Below, in pieces: positions 28,401 through 34,078 of a DNA stretch of 34,078 bases. This stretch comes from Patescibacteria group bacterium (lineage in GTDB: Bacteria; Patescibacteriota; Gracilibacteria; JAPLVM01): contig JAPLVM010000005.1 of assembly GCA_026397115.1 (NCBI GenBank), positions 1-34,078 on the forward strand. The letters run 5' to 3'. The notes beneath the pieces are model-generated. The model searched no databases and had not been told where the DNA came from. It was given only the letters and a program-made list of their open reading frames with translations. Position numbers and translations under genes: made by a program. Positions within the stretch are counted from its first letter, which is position 1; each line of letters opens with the position of its first letter.

Positions 28401-30218
28401 AAACAAAGGCAATTAACAGCTGATCAAATGTATGAATTGCTAAATCAGCTTGCTGGGCTTGGCATTATTTCAAGTCCTGATATGGATGCCAGAATTACGA
28501 TTGATGAAAACGTGTCAGTGCGAACATATGCTTCGGGACTCGGCAAGCATGTTTCTTGGATGAACAGCAATATTGAGCTCATAAAAACAAAAAATAATAT
28601 CTCTAGTCCAGAAACTTTTACGACCAGAGCTAAATTTATTATGAGTTATATTAAAAAAATTGAACGTGAGCTGGAAGATAATATGCCGAATCAAAATAAT
28701 GCCGTTGAGGTAAAACGTTTTCGCTTTGTAGAAGAAGAAGTAAAGAAGTTCAAAGAACTATTGATGGATCAGGATGTTGGAATTATCTGGGATGAAAAAT
28801 ATCAAAAACTTATGTCTGGGCTTGTTTCATATGGAAATAATCCTCCATATTTTTCTGAGGCATTAAAACAAGAATTGGCTGGTGAGCTTGGCTTACTGAA
28901 CAATGAAGTTGACGCTATGTTTGAAAAACTGCGTACTGCCCAAATACTAACCACTTCAAATCTTGCTACGCAAGTGCCAGCGAGAATGGATCCTAGCGTT
29001 AATAAAATAACTTTGGATAAGGATGCGCTAGATAGACTTATTGCAAATCAACGATTCTTTAGCCGAACTTTTGGTGTATTTAGCTCAATTAAACCAAGCT
29101 ATAGGAGATCTCGTGAAACGTCTGCCCACTGGCAAAATACTCTTGATGATTTGAAAGCCCAACTTAAGAGTTCGAACGAAAGAGATCGAGGTGCGCAGTA
29201 TATACCAATCGCTAATCAGTTTTTAGAAGTAGCTTACGATGAATTGCTTCGTGGAAAGGCAAAATCTGGCGTACCAGAAACCAATGCATACGAGATGAGA
29301 ATTGAAACAGAGGTTGACCTATTAACTAGAACAAAATTATTTGTGCCTGTGTGGCCATCAGCATCGTCTCATGATAGATTCTGGAATCGCGGCAAGCAGA
29401 CATGGGAATTGCTAAATCATCATGGAGAGAAGTTTCATATTTATTTTGATAAAGCCTTATTTGAAAATGAAAATATTTACAAACTTATTAAAAAGGCTAT
29501 TTATAAACTTGGTAAAGAAAATGAGGACTCTCACAATAGATACAAGGCCTATGAGCTTACCAAGGAAGGCATTTTGAAGCCTATCCATGCTGAAAAAGAT
29601 GATGATAGTAAAAAGAAATCCCCTATTGCAGAGGCATTTGATGCGGTTACCAGCATCAAGCCAAACAAGAAAAAATTAATGGGCGCGAGTGAGTTTGATA
29701 GGCTTAATAACGCCATTCAATCGCTTATTGGGAAAAGTATAGCATTTTTAGATAGCGATCCAGGCCAAATAGAGACTGCTGGATATGGTCCAAAGATCAC
29801 TTCGATTGTGCAAAATATGCTTACTGAAACAACCACTCTTTCATCTATTGCGCAAAAAGCGCTTGAAAATATAGGCGCAGATGATATGTCAAAGGATATT
29901 CTTACGGAAATAGAGACTTTCAAAGATAGGTTGGGGCGGATGGAGAGCATGAAAAGATTGATTGAAAGATTGATTGAGAAATGCAATATGGATTTAACTC
30001 AAACTGATGGTCTTCAAGGTCAGATCTTTTCGGCAAAAGAAAAAATTGCGCAGGATGAAGAAACGCCAGAGGTTCAGGCTCTTATGCTATATAAACATGC
30101 TGCTCCGTTAAATCAGGCTGATTCTGCAGAAGCCAGCCGCTTGATGGCCGAAATAACGAGTCATGAACCGCCAAAAATCAAGAATGCATCAGTTATTTTT
30201 AGTCTAGTTGGAAATTAA
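25425..30218 (+). CDS. Giant hypothetical protein (1597 aa) with coiled coils and degenerate internal repeats
   Basis: 4.8-kb uninterrupted ORF; TATAAT at 25388-25393; no signal peptide, TM segment or catalytic motif recognised. Confidence 0.9.
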   Translation: MFRELFTDTDRPREQEHKTAGLPLEESALLNWVTSDSKTLEERDEKIDLIATIIQQKRDYLAKNLNFKKRCIEDRVKIETLVQAAGNIVEPYRKAGKDKLTKVGDVRYVIWLAEDIGLKLRPDLQHEANPLQAEIDGLKTTLTKIELDAARSKRDIEPKKIILTSAQLAEMNTNISHILTFVQGESKKYPVYAKETMPDMQRERIALQPVLDFLEMHKTKIDLGAARRPIGREDVSLDKTRESSESMSPEFADFLTKLNKPQRDFFMSMIKSKTRACFDNLLRELERGLPENGTSEETPEPTASLRLEIKNLFDEYSASVAEGKRLLNLAQKVNDPRNAIAIQKMARDLASLETQRDNLFEKMAMITKDDAGKEYEERIVKLKEQADEFSTLIKKTEVYNAFLREAPAEIIRLTPEDADMQSEQFWKMRTIEDRKVSAEEFLILNKDRLYAEKVIEKSGLAPLGNQQYCEIIRFLIDNPDISKSERESKVKQYISSKFTIAPNSKNGLNLLNRLRAVGIFDKEKICYADLEVTVVDEIDGLYLIESAAKDGKLKKAFRLGRGKAKIDNMPEYYANIIGAIISLGSCTAVDSPSIRRTLIGSAIINGHDLADMNIDDEYKSLYLLAKLKELKLIESKGINEIEDDDNLTLNCNGLRNTIKDSLIKARNKYFEFKNAESEFSGLSSIFQADQKAVSKKEVRDAKKKALRLKKDTLKMQEEVLNDLIKIAKSKPKKSAAILQKRKDEIDEFLWQNLGIRKTNPEHELVYDYLEKNDLLGETLDISYEDLKARILKEEQKYYCEKNKEKKVDHIPSYKANLIDAIISVCKHQGNIISAPALEKAMCHENYDNPGGYKMLAVAKELARLGILSPMDPPSQANVICLPGWENLPANIRSILQEANTLFELFKDGKGGITQKSILEIQDKALEAIANGFTRQNNPNKIDPYAVEGKLEKQKEIPRTTKSGIGPIEDIIDHLAHFENRNAKNILFTYFEDKQRQLTADQMYELLNQLAGLGIISSPDMDARITIDENVSVRTYASGLGKHVSWMNSNIELIKTKNNISSPETFTTRAKFIMSYIKKIERELEDNMPNQNNAVEVKRFRFVEEEVKKFKELLMDQDVGIIWDEKYQKLMSGLVSYGNNPPYFSEALKQELAGELGLLNNEVDAMFEKLRTAQILTTSNLATQVPARMDPSVNKITLDKDALDRLIANQRFFSRTFGVFSSIKPSYRRSRETSAHWQNTLDDLKAQLKSSNERDRGAQYIPIANQFLEVAYDELLRGKAKSGVPETNAYEMRIETEVDLLTRTKLFVPVWPSASSHDRFWNRGKQTWELLNHHGEKFHIYFDKALFENENIYKLIKKAIYKLGKENEDSHNRYKAYELTKEGILKPIHAEKDDDSKKKSPIAEAFDAVTSIKPNKKKLMGASEFDRLNNAIQSLIGKSIAFLDSDPGQIETAGYGPKITSIVQNMLTETTTLSSIAQKALENIGADDMSKDILTEIETFKDRLGRMESMKRLIERLIEKCNMDLTQTDGLQGQIFSAKEKIAQDEETPEVQALMLYKHAAPLNQADSAEASRLMAEITSHEPPKIKNASVIFSLVGN

Positions 30219-30255
30219 CTGAATAATTTACTCTTTAAACAAATTAGCTGTTATA

Positions 30256-33200
30256 ATGGGAAAATCTAGAGATAGCAGACCGGGAGACAGCCGCCATAGC
30301 AATGAGCGCGGTAGTGAATCGGAACAAGATAAGCCGCAAGAAGCGCCTAAGTTGAGCGCGCTTGAGAATGTTTGGACGGAATATCAAAAGTACGAAAAAC
30401 TCTTGTCTGGACTTCGGGAAAGAATCGCGGGCACACAAAATCAAAACCTCAAAGCATATCTTGAGGGAGCCGCCGATGGTTTGATCATGACTAATCAGCG
30501 CCTTCAAAAAAAATTGGACGAAGAATCTATCAAGACAGTAGATTCTGCTCTTGCAAAAGTAAGCGGTTCGCTGAAGAATATGCCTGAAAACAAAAAACGT
30601 ATTTTGCGGGCACTTTCGACTGAGGACGTTAAAGAGGTGTGCGGTGTAAAAAGTCCAGTAAGCGAGACGCTTGAAATACTAAAGGTGCTTGAAAGCATGT
30701 CTGAAAAGGATAAAGAAATACTCAAATCTGCCAATTGCGCTGGCGCGACAAAATATCTTGAACTTTTAAGCAGCATTGAGCCAGTTGAAATAATTATACG
30801 CGAGATTGAGCCTGTGTTTAGAAATCCTGATACTAAAATTAAAATGGCTCAAGAGACATATGCTTTGAGAGTCGAAGCTTTTAATCAAGAGATAAGAAAG
30901 AGAATTTCAGATGCAGATGCAGATCCAGAAATATTTGCCAAAGAAGTGTCTAGTCAGGAAAAATGGTTTAAAAATGAAAAAAGGGATTTTTGGATGCTAG
31001 TTAGTCTCAGCCCTTATAATGACGGTGCAAAAAATATACTGCAAGAAGACATCCTAGAGTTATATCGATTATTTGAAAATAGATTAAATATCGTGTCGGA
31101 ACAAGCTAAATATGTGACAGATCTTACTCGGCTTAAGGCAAGCACGGATGAAATTAAAAATAATCTTAGAAATAAGGAGAAGATAACGGATGAAAATGAG
31201 ATAAGAAAATTCTTTTTAAACAGCGAAGAGTTGCTTATTGGCTCATATAATTATTTGCAATCTCTTGAAAAACTACACTTTGAACTTAGGACAAACAGCG
31301 TAATTGATGAGCTCAAAGAAAATATAGAGCAAAGTCATCTTGAAATCATATGTAGAATGTATAATCTGTATTGGTTTTTTGCGATGATTCCCGAGTTCCC
31401 AAGTCTTGTCGGTAGGCAAGAACACCCAAACGTAAAATGGGCAGGATCTCAGCTTAAAAGGTTGGCTACATTGCTTCCAATGACTGGCGATTATGTAATT
31501 GGCGAGCAAAAGAAGTTTGAAATTGAAAGAGCTTTTATGGACGAACGCCGAAAACAGCAAAAAGCCCGCGTAACGGTTTTTGTTTCACGCCCTAAGTCGA
31601 ATGCAGGACAAAATGTTTCAGAAAAGACAGATGCGCAGGTTCAGGATGATATAGAAAGCATCATTGAGAAGGAATCGTGTCCAAATAACAGCATTATTTT
31701 TGCAGAGGAAGCAATCAATGATAATGGTAAATCTGTATATTTTTATCATGATGTTAATTGGCAAAGATTGGCTAAGAGCTTCGAGATGCTAACCGAATTA
31801 AGCGAGCCTGATTTATCACTTCAAAATCAAATTAGGAGTGGGCTAGATCTGTATAAACAAATGGTTGAGCTATATACCAAGAAGAGAGAATTGCGAAACG
31901 AGGAAAAGATTGCCAAATGTCTTGAGAATTATCAAACAGATAGATCCTTAATACTCAATCGCCTTTGCAGACTAGTTGAAAGAGCTAGACTTAAAATTCA
32001 TCCTAATAAAATACCTGATATTTCAGACGATGATATTGCTGAGTTTGAAAGTATTTCTGCGCTTGCCGAACCGATGTTAAGTTGGAAAGCAGATCCAAGC
32101 CTTTCAGGCTGTAAGAATAGTAATTTCCAAGCTGAACGTATAGAAGAGCAGAAGCAAGAATATAAAAACATTGCTGAGGAAATTAAAAAGGTTATCCAGT
32201 GGCAAAGGGCAGCTAAGGAGATGGATAAGATTTATAAGGAGAGGATAGAGAAGGCTGATCCAGAGGGGATTACGCTTGATGAGATTAATTCAATAAAAAA
32301 TGACCTAAACAGAATGTCGGAAAATAGCGTTGAATTTAAAGAGCTTGCTAGCATAAAGAAAATATTCGATCAGTTGGAAAAATTGATAGAACAAAAAATA
32401 TTAGTAATGATGAAAGCGGCTAATGTGGATATGGATACCATAAATAAAATTGATCCTCAAGCAATTGGGCTCTATGAGCTTTATCTGGCTAGAGAAGACT
32501 TGGACGAACTCGTTGATGAAATGCAAGTTTTAGTCGATGACCCTAGATTATTTCCTCCTATCGAAGAAATCTATAAGAAGTTGGATTCGCTTGAAAAGGA
32601 GGCTATGAAAAATTTTGGTTTCCAGGCAAAGGAGATTGGACGGGAAATAGAATTGAACGACAACCCCTCAGATTTCATAAAAAATGATATAAATAAAATA
32701 ATCGCAATACTGGCCGAATCTCTTGAAAAAGAGGTTGAAGGACTAAATGAAAATAGTAGCATTGAAGAAGTAAGTGCAATCAGAAGTAAGAACTCTATAC
32801 TTGAAAGCTGCACGAGCAGAGCGGTTTGGATAGAAAGGGGAATTATTGAAAAAAATGATCAGACCCTTGCCGCAGCTGAAATTGGTTGCGTATTAAGGGA
32901 AATAGAAGAATATACGGTAGATGATTCGGATGAACTTGAGAAGAATATTGGTGACTTAGATGGATTCGCGGAAGAAATAAATCAGATTGCAGGAGGGGAA
33001 AAAGACCTATTATGGATTGCCTTGTTGAGAATTAAGACAGCCATAGACAAAAAGATGAAATTACAAGAGTTTCTTGGGCATCTTGCTGCCTTACTTGATA
33101 AAAAGCAAAACCCGAATCTCGAACCTCATCCGTCGGGAAATCCTAAGTGGCAGGCCGAAGCTGATAAAATTTTAACTGAGATGAAAGAATATGATCCGTC

Positions 33201-34077
33201 TAAACATCTTAATGATGAGATTTTTTATAAAGATGCAGAAAAATGGTTCAACGAGGTACAAAGATTAATTAGGCAAAATGAAGCAAAAGATGACAATAAA
33301 GCGACTGAGTTAATAAAAACTCTAGATATTCTTATCAATACTTTGGCCGAAAGAAGAACTGCTAAAAAAATAGAATTACTAAAATTGCATAGACGCCTCT
33401 CTGTTTTACTTAATAAAAAGCAGAGCAATGCTTCTGAAGAAGTGTCGGCATTAAGTAGCGGCGCAGAGATGCATAGCCAAACTCCAGGTGTTACATTTAG
33501 TCAGTCAGAAGGAAGGGAAAAGGAAAAAGAGCCGCATGCAGCTAGCCAGCTGCCAGTGGCTGTAGGTATAAAAGACTTACCTGCAGAAGCCTTTAATATA
33601 TGCCTGAATAATTTAGCTAGGCAACTTATAGAAAAGATTGAAGGGCTTGTAATAAGCCTTGACGATCCTGAGCAAATTAAAGGAATCGCTGAAGAATATG
33701 AAAAATTGCATAGTATTGCTGGTATAGAAAAGACAAACGGAGAGAATAGAATGCTTGTCTTAAAGGACGTGCGCGATCTGCTAGTAAAAAAACTTCAGGC
33801 AATAGCTGCTGCGCATACAGTCCGTGAGGATCTCGTCAATGATATGTATATATATAACCCAAATATAGTTTTCGGTGATGACGCGAGAGTTGAAGATTTA
33901 GACAAAATCTCAGATGCCCTTAAAGAATTCTCGCGCAGAATAGAAAATATGATCAACCGTAATCTCGCTGACCTATCATATGTTGAAGAGCAAAGGAAGG
34001 CGCTTCTTGCAAAGAAAAATGAAATTGTTAAAAAGCTTCTTAACCCTGTTCAGCAGATAGCAGACGGATATTCAGAA
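30256..34077 (+). CDS. Giant hypothetical protein, partial (>1274 aa, runs off the right edge)
   Basis: ATG at 30256 begins MGKSRDSRPGDSRHSNERGSESEQDKPQEAPK. The frame is open where checked and at the window end, and it is absent from the ORF track, as expected if it has no stop. E/K/L/I-rich and helical. Confidence 0.88.
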   Translation, partial: MGKSRDSRPGDSRHSNERGSESEQDKPQEAPKLSALENVWTEYQKYEKLLSGLRERIAGTQNQNLKAYLEGAADGLIMTNQRLQKKLDEESIKTVDSALAKVSGSLKNMPENKKRILRALSTEDVKEVCGVKSPVSETLEILKVLESMSEKDKEILKSANCAGATKYLELLSSIEPVEIIIREIEPVFRNPDTKIKMAQETYALRVEAFNQEIRKRISDADADPEIFAKEVSSQEKWFKNEKRDFWMLVSLSPYNDGAKNILQEDILELYRLFENRLNIVSEQAKYVTDLTRLKASTDEIKNNLRNKEKITDENEIRKFFLNSEELLIGSYNYLQSLEKLHFELRTNSVIDELKENIEQSHLEIICRMYNLYWFFAMIPEFPSLVGRQEHPNVKWAGSQLKRLATLLPMTGDYVIGEQKKFEIERAFMDERRKQQKARVTVFVSRPKSNAGQNVSEKTDAQVQDDIESIIEKESCPNNSIIFAEEAINDNGKSVYFYHDVNWQRLAKSFEMLTELSEPDLSLQNQIRSGLDLYKQMVELYTKKRELRNEEKIAKCLENYQTDRSLILNRLCRLVERARLKIHPNKIPDISDDDIAEFESISALAEPMLSWKADPSLSGCKNSNFQAERIEEQKQEYKNIAEEIKKVIQWQRAAKEMDKIYKERIEKADPEGITLDEINSIKNDLNRMSENSVEFKELASIKKIFDQLEKLIEQKILVMMKAANVDMDTINKIDPQAIGLYELYLAREDLDELVDEMQVLVDDPRLFPPIEEIYKKLDSLEKEAMKNFGFQAKEIGREIELNDNPSDFIKNDINKIIAILAESLEKEVEGLNENSSIEEVSAIRSKNSILESCTSRAVWIERGIIEKNDQTLAAAEIGCVLREIEEYTVDDSDELEKNIGDLDGFAEEINQIAGGEKDLLWIALLRIKTAIDKKMKLQEFLGHLAALLDKKQNPNLEPHPSGNPKWQAEADKILTEMKEYDPSKHLNDEIFYKDAEKWFNEVQRLIRQNEAKDDNKATELIKTLDILINTLAERRTAKKIELLKLHRRLSVLLNKKQSNASEEVSALSSGAEMHSQTPGVTFSQSEGREKEKEPHAASQLPVAVGIKDLPAEAFNICLNNLARQLIEKIEGLVISLDDPEQIKGIAEEYEKLHSIAGIEKTNGENRMLVLKDVRDLLVKKLQAIAAAHTVREDLVNDMYIYNPNIVFGDDARVEDLDKISDALKEFSRRIENMINRNLADLSYVEEQRKALLAKKNEIVKKLLNPVQQIADGYSE

Positions 34078-34078
34078 A

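Noticed and set aside
30244..33428. Short minus-strand ORFs over the right end, and similar antisense ORFs over ftsZ, rplJL and the 1597-aa gene
   Set aside because: They are antisense shadows of long, well-supported plus-strand genes.

Overview
Low-GC bacterial chromosome segment in the standard bacterial code (TGA is used as a stop). It probably comes from a CPR/Patescibacteria-type organism; this is inferred from the compact housekeeping genes, near-absence of Shine-Dalgarno sites, giant orphan proteins and Cys-rich/SLH surface proteins. Positions 1-18.7 kb are mostly core genes: tmk, dut, ybeY, ftsA, ftsZ, argS, tRNA-Cys, dnaX, ruvA, L10 leader-rplJ-rplL, prfA, dnaG, rpoD, and tRNA-Lys(UUU). 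A candidate ~6.5 kb integrative element (about 18741-25211) sits at the CCA end of tRNA-Lys. It carries a large serine recombinase, a 61-aa ORF, a winged-helix protein and a small-terminase-like protein, plus a divergent cargo operon of membrane, Cys-rich and SLH surface proteins that is bracketed by two highly structured non-coding segments. Most striking, the predicted attachment core (CCACCA) lies inside the integrase 3' end. A start-less 50-codon frame at the far end of the element would fuse in frame on excision, so integration appears to truncate the integrase. The window ends in two giant proteins of unknown function; the first contains degenerate winged-helix-like repeats.
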